Source: Heterodontus francisci
Lineage: Eukaryota
Length of the DNA stretch: 64,000 nt
Reading direction: 5' to 3'
NCBI RefSeq assembly: GCF_036365525.1
Contig: NC_090392.1
Location: 76,323,771 to 76,387,770 of the forward strand
The notes beneath the pieces are model-generated. The model saw only the letters and a program-made list of their open reading frames with translations. It was not told where the DNA came from and ran no database searches. The position numbers and the translations under genes are program-made. Positions 36,413-48,718 of the stretch are shown in pieces. Within the stretch, counting starts at the first letter, position 1. Every line of letters begins with the position of its first letter.

Positions 36413-36689
36413 GTAAGATTGTTGGGGAATAATTGCTTTTGAATGATGTAAGTACAAGATATTACACAGCGTCTATATGACTTCCAGGTATTCACAGTTA
36501 GTAATGAATCCATGAATACTAGCCATCCATTGGATGCATAAATTGTGTAAAGACATTTTAGCGACAGAAACTGGGCAACAAGCCTGTTGCTCTTTGAGTA
36601 ATCTCAATCCTACCTACTCACCTTCCTACCATATCCCTCAATCCCATTTTCTCACGATAATCCTTCAGTCTATATATAAATTCTATAAT

Positions 36690-38102
36690 CCTGTTCAAGA
36701 AGGGAGGGAGACAAAAAGGAGGAAACTATAGGCCAGTCAGCCTAACATTGGTCGTTGGGAAAATGCTGGAGTCCATTATTGAGGAAGTAATAGCAGGACA
36801 TTTAGAAAAGCTTAACGCAATCAAACAGAGTCAACATGGTTTTGTGAAAGGGAAATCATGTTTGACAAATTTGCTAGAGTTCTTTGAGGATATAACAAGC
36901 AGAGTTGATAAAGGAGAACCGGTAGATGTAGTGTATTTGGATTTCCAGAAGGCATTCGATTAGGTGCCACATAAAAGATAGGAGCTCACGGTATTGGGGG
37001 TAATGTATTAGCATGGATTGAGGATTGGTTAACTCACAGAAAACAGAGAGTCGGGATTAATGGGTCTTTTTCAGGTTGGAAAGACGTAACTAGTGGAGTG
37101 CCACAAGGATCAGTCCTAGGGCCTCAATTATTTACAATCAATATTAATGACATGGAGGAGGAGACAGAGTGTAATATATCCAAAAATAGTTGGGAGGGCA
37201 TGTTGTGATGAGGACATAAGGAATCTGCAAGGGGATATAGATAGGTTGAGTGAGTGGGCAAAAACTTGGAAGATGGAGTTTAATGTGGGAAAGTATGAGG
37301 TCATGCACTTTGGTAGGAAGAATCAAAAGGCAGACTGTTATTTAAATGGAGAGAGACTCCAAAAAAGTGCAGCACAAAGGGATCTGGGAGTTCTTGTTCA
37401 TGAAACAGATAAAGTTAGCATGCAGGTGCAGCAAGTAATTAAGAAGGCAAATGGAATTTTGGCCTTTATTGCTAGGGGGTTGGAGTTTAAAAATAGGGAA
37501 GTTTTGTTACAACTGTACAGGGTGTTGGTGAGGCAGCACCTGAAGTACTGCGTACAGTTTTGGTCCCCGTATTTAAGAAAGGATATACTGGCATTGGAGA
37601 CAGTTCAAAAGAGATTCACTAGGCTGATTCCTGGGATGAAGGGTTTGACTTATCAAGAATGGCTAAACAGGTTAGGCCTTTATTCATTAGAGTTTAGAAG
37701 AATGAGAGGTGATCTTCTTGAAATGTGCAAGATTCTGAGGGGGCTTGACAGGGTAGATGTTGAAAAGATGCCCTCACTAGTAGGGGAATCTTGAACTAGG
37801 AGACATAGTTACAGAATAAGGGGACACTCATTTAAAACCGTGTTGCGAAGGAATTTCTTCTCTCAGAGGGTAGTGAATGTCTGGAATTCTCTACCCCAGA
37901 GAATTGTGGAGGCTAGATCACTGGAAGTATTTAAAGAGGAGGTAGATAGATTTTTGAAATATTGGGGAGTTGAGGGCTAGGAGGAGCTGGCATGAAAGAG
38001 GAGTTAAGGTTTGGGGCAGATTAACCATGATCTTATTGAATGGTGGGGCAGGCTTGAGGGGCCGAATGGCCTACTCCTGCTCCTATTTTTTATGTTCTTA
38101 TG
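36690..38102 (+). mobile_element. 5'-truncated CR1 LINE (RT to 3' UTR), frameshifted
   Basis: QHGFVKGKSCLTNLLEFFE, VYLDFQKAFD, GVPQGSVLGP, YCVQFWSP. Confidence 0.92.
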
Positions 38103-38549
38103 TTTAATCCCACCTATTCATCTTTCCACCATCCCTCTCAATCGATTTCTCCCCAAATTGCTTAGTCCCATGTACCACCTCCTCACCAAATCCCTCAGCC
38201 CTTTTTCCAAAAGTACAACCAAAGTTGAATGGATGTTCACTCTCAGATTCAATGGGCTAGATTGGCAAATTATCCGACAACTCAATTACCCTTTGAGCGA
38301 AAAAGTTCCCTATTCTTTCTCTTCTTTTTCTTCATTTCCTCATTTTAACTCTATCCACTGGGATTTGAGTTATTCACCATAGTGAACAATTTGTCCAGTT
38401 CAGTTTTGTTGGTCCCACTGTCAAACATTTCACATTAAAGACTTTCACTTTCCAATGGAAACAAACTCACCTCCATTAGTAAAACCTAGATTCACAATAC
38501 TAGGAATTTTCACTGATTCTCAAGGGGCAATACTATACCTCCTCAGACT

Positions 38550-38918
38550 TGGGGTTGCTAAAACTACAGGGTTAGACTCTCCAGCAATTAAAGATTGATC
38601 TCCTTGGCACTGCTTCAAGTAACCATGGGGGGAAATTATCCAGTGATTTAAAAAAAAAAAATTTTCATGTTCTTTTAGTAACTTTGTTTCATAGTTATAA
38701 AAATATCACAGATGGGGAATAAAAGGCTGTTTGATTGACAGCCAAGATTCATCCAATCAGCTAATGGAGAGTCTTTTCACTTTCCAATTGGCTGTGGAAA
38801 GGCAATGTGTTGTGAGGATACTCTTGGTCAACCAATGGCAGGAGCATGTGGGTTGGAGGCGGGTGGGTCATTTGATGATACCTCCAGGAATAGGTCCAGC
38901 CAGAGTTGGCAACCCCTT
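38550..38918. mobile_element. hAT-like MITE, same family as 26184-26708, inverted
   Basis: GGGGTTGCTAA / TTGGCAACCCC ends and shared internal motifs. Confidence 0.6.
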
Positions 38919-39665
38919 GTTGTAGCCCCAATCAACCTTGATGGATATCTACAGGAGTGGACCATAATGGAAAGAGGGTTTTGCATTTTTATAGCGCTTT
39001 GCTTGAACGCAAGATGTCCCAAAGTGCTTTTCAGCAAATCAAGTACTTTTTGAAGTATAGTCACTGTTGTACTGTAGGGAAACATGGCAGCCAATTTGTG
39101 CACAGCAAGATCCCACCAAATCAATGAGGTAAATCGTCAATTGAACTGTTTTGTTGGTGTTGTTTGGGTGCAGATCAAGGATTAAACCTCTGACCTTACC
39201 AGTCTGCATGGGATGGCTACTCATCAGCCTTTTCAGGAGTAGTTTTTAATTGTTAAAAATTCCACCTCTTGAATCAGTAAAGTGGGACTCTGAGGGGAGT
39301 CAGGACAAAAGCGACTTTGGCGCTGGGGGAGGAAATATATTTATTTTAAGAGACTTCAGTCCTTCCCTGCTACATTCAAGTTTAAGGGCAATGATTGTGC
39401 GTTACACCCTATGTATTGCAAACTAGTTTGCAAACCGTTCCTGACAAGCCATGGTTGGTGCATATTGTGGGGCATTTTAAAGGATTGTACTCCAGGGAGT
39501 CTCACCCATCTGTCTCCATTTTAGGAAGTCCTGCGGGAAGTGCAATGATTTTCCCAGGTGAGCTATTCTGACCATTAGGGAAAACTCAGAAAATTAGCCT
39601 GGTATGCTTAAAGAATTCCTGTGTGTTTTGTACCTAATATTTTCCTGTTTCTCTTTTATCTCCAG

Positions 39666-39749
39666 CGCTCATTCTTGGGAACTGGGAAATCAGATGATCT
39701 TCCTAAACCTATCGTACTCAGTTCTGGAGAACGTTCCCACCAGGTTTAA
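39666..39749 (+). CDS. JAML: JAML-like protein, terminal coding exon
   Basis: Strong acceptor tttctcttttatctccag; phase 0; RSFLGTGKSDDLPKPIVLSSGERSHQV*; AATAAA at 40016. Confidence 0.6.
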   Translation, partial: RSFLGTGKSDDLPKPIVLSSGERSHQV

Positions 39750-40312
39750 TCTCCAACTCTGAGTTTTCTAGCAGATATTGAGATTTTTTTGAGGCTGTAT
39801 TCATCATTTTATTAGCAAACGTCAAGCAGATCGGGTTTGATGGCGAGTGAGAGATCCCTTCTGCAGCACTGGTTCCCTAAACAGTTGGGTTTTTTTCAGC
39901 GCCTTCCGAAACAAACTGGTTCTGTTTTTATTGCATTAAGAAGCACAGCAGCACTTCTGGGTCCAACTTTTGAAAGTATTATATTTTAATGTTTGCAAAG
40001 AGTTAGCTGTGAATTAATAAATGTTCTGTGTTTTGTTAATTTCTCTAGTTCTGGAGTTAGTTCAAGTTTGTTTCTATTTTGTTTAGAAGTTGGGGGGAAA
40101 AGGTCAAAACAAGTTATTTTTTTGTCATCAGCTCAGATGTGTTTCCATGACACTTGTCAATCTGATTTCTGTTCCATTGGGCACTTGTAGACAAACAAAA
40201 AAAAATTGCCATCACTCATGAAGACTGTGCCCTTTTAACACAATTCTGCAGTGTAGTTTTGAACTCTGTGTTCTGTGTACAGAACATAATAGAGGAAATA
40301 GTCAAATGAGAT

Positions 40313-40537
40313 ACAAAAACAGAAAATGCTGGAAATACCCAGCAGATCTGGCAACATCTGTGGAGACAGAAACCGAGTCAACATTTCAAGTTGAATACCT
40401 TTATTCAGAACAATGAAAGATCACGGATCTGAAACATTAACTGTTCCTCTCTCCACAGATGCTGCCAGACCTGCTGAGTGTTTCCAGCACTTTCTGTTTT
40501 TGTTTCAGATCTCCAGCATCTGCAGTATTTTGCTTTC
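40313..40537. mobile_element. Palindromic Penelope-terminus-derived element
   Basis: AAAAACAGAAAATGCTGGAAA...CATCTGTGGAGA / TCTCCACAGATG...TTTCCAGCACTTTCTGTTTTT. Confidence 0.6.
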
Positions 40538-40604
40538 GTATTCATATCAGAGTTGACTCAGCCTTCTCTCCATGAATTTCTCCCCTCCTGCAAGAACTCA
40601 GAAA

Positions 40605-41040
40605 AGACTTGCATTTATATAGTGCCTTTCATAGCCTCAGAATGCCCCACATTTTACAACCAGTTGAGTACTTTTGAAGTGTAGTCACTGTTGTAATATA
40701 GGTCACACGGCAGCTGATATGTGCACAGCAAGCTCCCACAAACAGCAATGTGATAATGTCTAGATAACTGTGATGTTAGTTGAGGGATAAATATTGGCCA
40801 GGACACTGGGATGAACTCCCCTAATCTTCTTTGAAATAGTGCCATGGGATCTTTTACATCCACCTGAGAGGCAGACAGGGCCTTGATTGAACATCTCAAC
40901 CAAAAGACAACACCTTCAACAGTGCAGCACTCCCTCAGCACTGCAATGGAGGTGGCAGCCTAGATTTTGTGCTCAAGTCTCTGGAGTGGGGCTTGAACCC
41001 ACAACCTTCTGATTCAGCAACGAGAATGCTAACTGAGGCA
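40605..41040 (-). mobile_element. DeuSINE copy
   Basis: Same family. Confidence 0.75.
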
Positions 41041-42185
41041 CATCCCCTGAACACCATCACCTTCCCCAACCAATAGCTTTCCAAAAGGGGTCACTAGATA
41101 ACGATCAGGTACAGTGTCACTGCTTCTCAAATGCAGCTCTTTCCTGTCCTCAAGCCACTCACGCAGCATATACCAGTGATCGAAATATCTTTACAAATGA
41201 TGGTGGAAGTGAGAGTGTAGGTGTACCAGAGAAGGACAAGGAATAATTGGTTATAACTGTACAAAAGGAAATGGTTCTGAAAAAAAAGCAGAACTCACAG
41301 TGGATAAGTCACTGGGCTCTGACTGCATGCACCTTGGATTGTTGAAATAAATTGGAGAAGGTTGGGCCACAATTCCTCATTAAATATGCAAATTGTGTTG
41401 TGGGACTGGAGGATAGTGAATGCAACACTCTTGTTCAAAACCAGAGATAAACCAGATAATACAGATCACTGTGTCTAATGCCAGTTGTGAACAAATTCTT
41501 CAAATCCATTATTTGAGATTGAATTAATGACCATCTAGAAAATAAAGGGTTAATGGAGGATGGATTTGTTAAAGGCATGTCGCATTTGTTAAATTTAATA
41601 GGTTTTCTCGAAGAAGAGACTGATTGGCTAGATAAAGGGAAGCCAGGTTGGTGTAGTAAATGTGGATTTTTCAGACAACCTTTCATATAAAGTCTTGCAG
41701 GAGACTTGCTACAAAAATTCAGGCTTCTGCTCTTGGAGGAGATGTAACATCATGGATAGGAAGTTGATTGATGGATTAAAAATGTGGTAATGGATGTTGT
41801 GTGGAGTGGAGAAGGGGTGGAAATGGTACACCCCTGGGGACAATGCAGGATCCACTTGTGCTCTTGCTGTGTATAGATGTTTTGGAATTAGGAATAGGCA
41901 GCATGATATTGAACAACACTGAATTGGTGGGTTTTCAAGAAGTGAGCATGACTGTAAAAGACTTCAGGACAATAGTGGAATGGGCAGGCAGGTGGCAGAT
42001 GCAATTAAATGTGTGAGGTAAAACATTTTGGGGAGTAAAACAAGTAATGGGGAGTAGACAGTCACTGGGAAGATACTGAAAGGTGTGGATGAACAGAGAG
42101 AGGCCCAAGAATTCAAATACACAATTACCTGAAGGTGCAAGTGCACCAGTAAAAGGCCAACACATTTTGGGTTTTATAACCCAAA

Positions 42186-42460
42186 AGAGAGAGAGGCGAT
42201 GGGAAGGGGTAGGAGGAGGGAGAAGGGGGAGGGAGAGGAAGAAAGTGTAGAAAAGGGGTGGGAGAGGGAATAGAGGGGATGAGGAGAGAGACGGAGAAGG
42301 GGCAGGAGAGGGGGAAGGGAGGGAGAGTGAGAAGGGCGGAGGGAGAGGGAGTAGGGGTGGAAGGAGGTCTGTGGAAGGAGTGGCAGAAGAGCTAGGGAGA
42401 AGGGGAGACAAAGAAGGGCAATGAGGAGGGAGAGAAGGTGAAACGGAGAGGGGGAAGTGG
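42186..42460 (+). repeat. Polypurine low-complexity tract
   Basis: Almost exclusively G/A on the plus strand. Confidence 0.8.
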
Positions 42461-43197
42461 ATGCAAATGCAAACTGCAGATGGATCTGGAGCTGGAGCTG
42501 GGAGAAGGAGGTAAATTCAATGATTTGAGGGAGGGATTTAATCATCATTCAGATTATAAACCATAAAAAAAAACTTTGAATGGAAAGGAAATAAACAGGC
42601 AAGTCAAGTTTGTATAATTTTAATTTCTGAATGTATTTTACACAGTATTTATAGCACTGAAACAGGCTATTCGGCCCAACAGGTCCACACAAGCCTCCTC
42701 CTATCCCTTTTCATCTCCCCATCAACATATCCTTCTACTCCTCTGCCCTAACGGTGTTTATTTCGCTTCGCCTTAACTGCATTTAAGTTAATACACTTTA
42801 AATGGTTAATTTCCTGTTTTTTTTCTCACAGCCCAAATAAGGGGGTAAAAATGTGGAGGGATAAATAATTCTAGTTCCCAGTAACAAGGCTTCTCTTCAT
42901 TAATAGCGGCCCCAGTTTGCAGATTCTGGTGATTTGGGGGCTTTCTACCTGGTGAATATTTCACCCTCACTCGCAGCACATTCATTTCTCAGTGATCGAT
43001 CCGCCTTTGTCTCTCGCCCTGACCTCCTCCAAAGCACAGAATGAGCCCCTTCCCACTCCAGCAATATTCCAGCAACATCCAGCCATATTAAACCTCGCTC
43101 AGTCCCCTGCTAACGCTGAGAGAGTTCTGTACCTCCGCTCATCACCGTCTTCCTTCCTTCCTTCCTTCCCCGTGTCTCCATCTCTGGGAAATTCGCA

Positions 43198-43276
43198 ATG
43201 AAACTTCATGTCAGACCAGGTCTGCCTCGGCTGCATTCCGCCTTGCTCGGGTTGATGCTGTTCTTCAGTGGCTCGG
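43198..43276 (+). CDS. SCN2B: Sodium channel beta-2 subunit, signal peptide exon
   Basis: MKLHVRPGLPRLHSALLGLMLFFSGS resembles human MHRDAWLPRPAFSLTGLSLFFSL; phase-1 donor GTAAGT. Confidence 0.85.
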
Positions 43277-45597
43277 GTAAGTTGCATTTTTTAAAAACAG
43301 ATTTTTCTGGTTAGAAAAGCAAAGTTGAGAGAGAGAGAGAGAATCGAGACTGAATCAGCAGCCAAAACGCAGAGATTGACACATCTCCCTTCATTTTACA
43401 GAGAAAAATAAAATAAAGGGATGTCTAATGTTGGATTACCTGTCATCGAATATGTGAAGGTCCTTGCCCTATACAGATTGGAATTTCCCTAACCAGCTTC
43501 ATATTGTCTGGTTTCCACAGTATTTATATTTTTATTCTTTTCACACAGACTATTATTTATTGCATATGTCAACGCAGATTTTGTGGACTCTGTGTTCTCT
43601 TACTGAGATTGTGGATGTGAACTGACACACTCAGATAATTTTATTTTTTTTTAATACACACACCATCTTACAGGGTGAAATAGAGTTCTTGCTGTCTCCC
43701 AGGCTGGCTATTGGGTGTGTCAAAATGTCCTCTTCATCAGATGTGTTTTATCCTTGTCACAAATCTCCCCACGTCTTCCTCAAGGAGGCTGTCCTACGGG
43801 CAGTTGGTATTCAAAGGAATCTCCCAGTTATCACCAATTGTTTTGCTTCAATTAAGTGACCTCTCAGAAGTGGGGGAGAAGGATTTGTGCAAAAAAGATG
43901 GGAATGATGTCTCAATGGGGGTATTTTAAAAAATGAATTCATGTCAAGGAACCTGAAATTAAAACATGAAAATGTTGGAAACACACATCAGATCTGGTCA
44001 ACATCTGCATAGAGAGAGAGAGAGATAAAAGACAGGTTAATACACTGGGTGGAAGTCCTTCCTCAGAAATGGTTCAGAGAAGGAAAGGGAAAGGCCATGT
44101 TATAAAGCTGGTTACAATAAATGAGGCTTGACAATCTGTAGCATTCTCCAGTATTTTGAAAGGTGGCTATTCCACCATGGCGAGGTCACAGCTGATCCTG
44201 CCCAGCGACTGGAAGCTGTAGAGTTCCGTGGAGAATTCTGAGAGCACCGAGGAGTCGAAACTACCCAGTATTCGGGCCAAAAGGAAAATATATGAATACG
44301 TTGGGCCTTGTTACAGTGAGTTAGTGAGGGAGCAGCAACATTGTAAATCCCACAGCAAGTTGGAATGTGATCATAGAATGAGAAATGTAGGAGAAGGGAG
44401 ACCAGAATCACAAATCCTATAGTTGTATCCTACTGAAGGATACAGTGGAATTGGACAGCACAAAAGACCATTCAGCCCATCATCCCTGTGCTGGCTCATT
44501 GAAAGAGATACCCAGTTGGATCCACTCCACTGCTCTTTCCCCATAGCCTTGCAAATTTCTCCTTTTCAAGTATAAATCTAATTCCCATTTGAAAGTTACT
44601 ATTAAAACTGCTCCACCACATTTCCAGGTAGTTCATTCCAGATTATAACAACTTCCTGTGTAAAATATTTATTGCCATCTCTGCTCTGGTTCTTTTGCCA
44701 ATTATATTAAATCTGTATCTTTTGGTTACTGACCCTCCTGCTAGTGGAAGCAGGTGTCTCCCTATTTACTGTATCAAAACACCGCTTCACCTTGAACAAT
44801 TAAATCTTCCCTTAACCTGCTCTATTCTAAGGAGAGCAATCCCAGCTTCTCCAATCTCTGCACATGGCTGAAGTCAGCTCCAGCCATGCCTCAGTTATAA
44901 ATTCTCATCCTTGTTTTCAAATCCTTCCCTATCTCTGTAACCTCCTCCAGCCCCACAACCCTCCGAGATCTCTGCGCTCCTCCAATTCTGGCCTCTTGCG
45001 CACCCCAATGTTCATCCTTCTACTATTGTCAGCCGTGCCTTCTGCTGCCTGGCCTCTAAGCTCTGGATTTTACTCTCTAAATCTCTCCATCCCTTTACCT
45101 CTCTCTCCTCCTTTAAGACACTCCTTAAAACCTTCTGCTTTGACTCTAGTTTTGGTTGCCTGTCCAAGTATCTCTTTATGTGGCTCAGTATCGAATGTTG
45201 TTTGATAATACTCCTGTGAAACACCTTGGGATGTTTTACTACATTAAAGGTGTTATGTAAGTGTGAGTTGTTGACGTCCATTATCTCTAGTACCAAGTAG
45301 TCAGCTAGTGACTGAAAATCTCACCCCTTGGGTTTGTCTGATGTCATTAGTTCTGCCTAAGTGATCAGTTAATCTACAAAATTATCCACTGCAGCCCCAA
45401 CAAATGTCACCCAGTGACAACTGGACAAATGTAAACTGTCTACGTGGTTTTACAAGTCTGTTAAATCTTAATGTCTAAATTCTGGAGCAATATGAAAGTA
45501 TATATCTAAATATATTTTAAAAATTCCAGGTGAAAAGTCTGGATCCATAAGAACACGGACACCCAGTTACACTGAGCATTATCCATTCTCATGTGTC

Positions 45598-46030
45598 ATC
45601 TGTGGCTCAGTGGGTAGCACTCTCACCTCTAAACTTGAAGATTGTGTGTTCACGTTCCACTCCAGGGACTTGGCCATATCATCCAGGCTGATGCTCCAGT
45701 GTAGTACTGAGGGAGTGCTGCTCTGTTGGAGGTGTTGTCTTTCGGATGAGGCATTAAACCAAGACCCTGTCTGCCCTTCAGGTGAACATAAAAGATCCTT
45801 GGCACTATTCTGAAGAGCAGGAGAATTCTTCCAGTTATCCTGGCCAAATATTTAACTTTCCACCCGCATTATTAAAACAAATTATCTGACCATTAGCTCA
45901 CTGGTGTTTGTGAGAATTTGCTGTGTGCAAATGGGTTGCCACGTTTCCTTACATTACAGTAGTAACTGCACTTCAAATGTACTTTATTGACTGTAAAGCA
46001 CTTTGAGTGTGAAAGATGTTATATAAATGT
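45598..46030 (+). mobile_element. DeuSINE copy
   Basis: GTGGCTCAGTGGGTAGCAC head, Deu core. Confidence 0.75.
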
Positions 46031-47547
46031 AGATGTCTCCCAGAAGTTAATACTGACTCCATCTGGTGAACGGGATGAGTAGTTGCAACTTTGAACTACG
46101 TTGCAATTCCTGATACACTGTAAGTTTGAAATGAATATGAATTGCGTTTAGGGTTGAATAATCTAACATCATCGTGGAAAAATCATCTTCACAAGGAGCT
46201 TCAGCAGTTCAAGAAGGCCGGCCCACCACAACCTTCTTAGGGCAACTATAGACGGGCAATAAATGCTGATCAAGTTTATTTTTTGAAAAAGTGCTTAAAT
46301 AAAAAGTTAAAACAAAACCCTTCATTGACTACAATCCATGTTGCAATTTTTAGAAATTCAATAATCAGATGAGAAAATGAATCCAAATTGCGAAATTATT
46401 TTCGTTAGAGCACGTTACTTTTTGTATTATGGGAGTAGAATCTTTTCTCGATTGCAGCTCTGATAGGTAAATCTTCAAAGAATGCAAGAGAGCTTGGAAT
46501 GAGAATTAGACATTTAGCCTTCAATGACAACTCTTTCTACAGTCCATACAGGTCAACATCAGCCCTTCCTGGAGCTAATCTGTCCTATCGCTATCTGACA
46601 ATCAATAACACCCTCCCTGGAAATTATCTGATCTATCTATATCTCTCTCACCCTCAATCAATGATGATCCAATTCCTTTCCAAAGATATCCCTGACCCTG
46701 AATTTCTCTGCCAGTTTGTTCCACGCATTCACTATCCCATGAGGGAAATGAACCTGCTCTAATCTTGTTCAATGTCATCATACTGTCTGGGTCATTTTCA
46801 GCACAGGTTGGAAACTCTGGCGTTCCTAAATTCTACACCCGGCATCCTTGCTGATTGAACTACTGGTTGACAATAAATTTTGGAGAAAACATGCAGCACA
46901 TTTTCTTGCATTTAGAAACAACTTGCATTTCTATAACCCCTTTAAGGTAGTAGGGCATCCCAAGTTGCTTCACAGGAGCATAATTGGTCAAAAGCATTGG
47001 CACCAAGAAGATGGAAATTTTAGGACAAGTGACCAAAAGCTTGGTCAAGGCAGTAGATTTTAAGAAACTTCTTCAAGGAGGAAAGAGAGGTAGAGAGGTT
47101 TAGGGAGGGAAATCCAGAGCTTTTGGCCCAGGCAGCTGAAGGCACGGCCACCAATAGTGGAAAGTCGGTAATGCACAAGAGGCCAGAGTGGTTGGGCTGG
47201 AGGAGGTCACAGAGATAGGGAGGCCATGGAGGGATTTCAACACAAGGATGAGAAGTTTAAATTTGAGGTGATTTTTTTGGGGGGGCCAATGTAGGTCAGC
47301 ATTTTGCCCTGTATCCAACCCTTCTGTAGCTGCCCTAGGAATTGTTTGATGGGCTCGTGTAGCACAGTTGGGGCAGCAACAGTTGGCCAAAGCACCTCTA
47401 TGTTAATGAAGGTAAAAATCAGCCATGGATCCTGCTACCCATTGTTATCCACCAAGCTCTCTCCTACTGGATGTGTGAATGGTTTTCCTTCAAGACAGGA
47501 TCTGGCTCGACGATGCCCCCATGGTGGAATTTCCTGTTGCTACTCAT

Positions 47548-48360
47548 TGGGCTGTATTTTAAGAGCCCGCCGTCACTCCCTGCGGCGAGCCCAGAAAATG
47601 GCATCATTGAGCACGCTCAAGACAGAAATCAATAGATTTCTGAAAACTAAGAACATCAAGGAATATGCGGATCATGGGGAATAATGGTACAGAGGTAGAT
47701 GATCAGCCATGATCTGTTTGAGTGGCGGAGCAGGCTCAACAGGCCGAATGGCCTACTCCTGCTCCTATTTCCTATGATTCTTATGAACCCCCCCGAAAAT
47801 TTACAAAATAAAATTGGAACGCCCTTTTACGATCACCCAATAAAAATCACAGTATTTGCCCTTCCCCCTCCCCCACCAAAAAACTTACATTTGAATTCTG
47901 ACCTTCCCCTCCCACAAGACAGCACAAAGTTGAAAGTTCACCCCTTCTCAACATCCCCTACACAGATGATGCTTATTTGACCCCATCACCCCACCCCTCC
48001 CGTGCTGAAAATCTTAACTCCTCCCCCCTCCCCACCAATGTAATGTGTGCTTTCCCCAAACGGGGAATTGAAGGCACGGGAGTGCCAGCCGCTGCACTGA
48101 AGATCGCGGCAGTTAAGTTTTAATTGGTCTTAATGATTTAAATATGGAAATTGAGGTCCTGTCGCCCAGCGGCGAACAGGGGTGGGGGAGAGGGGTGGTG
48201 GCGGTGGGGGCCACCATGGAGCCTTGCCGCCACTGGGAGGATCAGGCCGGGGCCTCCCAGGGTCGGACTCTGAGGCGGGCCTCTGCCAGAACAATCTTTC
48301 GGCTTCCCCACCCACCACCGCCATGGAGCGCGACATCATGGACTTGGTAAAATCCAGCCA
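47548..48360. mobile_element. Putative non-autonomous TIR element with nested CR1 tail (47600-47785)
   Basis: GGGCTGTATTTT / AAAATCCAGCC ends; a similar end occurs at 32270-32281. Confidence 0.4.
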
Positions 48361-48584
48361 ATTATCTATTCTCCCACATGAAGTCTGGTTATTTGGGTGA
48401 GGTAAGGTGGATCGTTCCTGTGGAATGTTGCCCCAGGAAGAGCTGGACTTGTGAGGAGGAGGATGGGAGAAATTTCTAGGTGTAAGATGTTTTAAGACAA
48501 GGTGCTCATCCTCATTTCATCAATCGCAAAAACATCGAGGAGTTAATAAAAGCGATTAATAAAGAGGTTGAGTGATTGTTTATC

Positions 48585-48718
48585 CAGTTACAGACTGGCA
48601 GGGGACTCCAGTTGCAGACACACAGGGGACTCCAGTTGCAGACACACAGGGGATTCCAGTTACAGACACACAGGGGACCCGGTTACTGACGCACAGGGGA
48701 ATGCAGTTACAGACACAC
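48585..48718. repeat. 24-bp tandem repeat, ~5 units
   Basis: CAGGGGACTCCAGTTGCAGACACA. Confidence 0.85.

Noticed and set aside
37147-37794. Intact host gene or active LINE
   Set aside because: Frameshifted, 5'-truncated CR1 ORF2 fragment in an intron; likewise the ORFs at 8485, 31075 and 53429
39735-39749. Class I PDZ-binding motif at the JAML-like C-terminus (SHQV)
   Set aside because: Position -2 is His, not Ser/Thr; the terminal exon itself is only moderately supported
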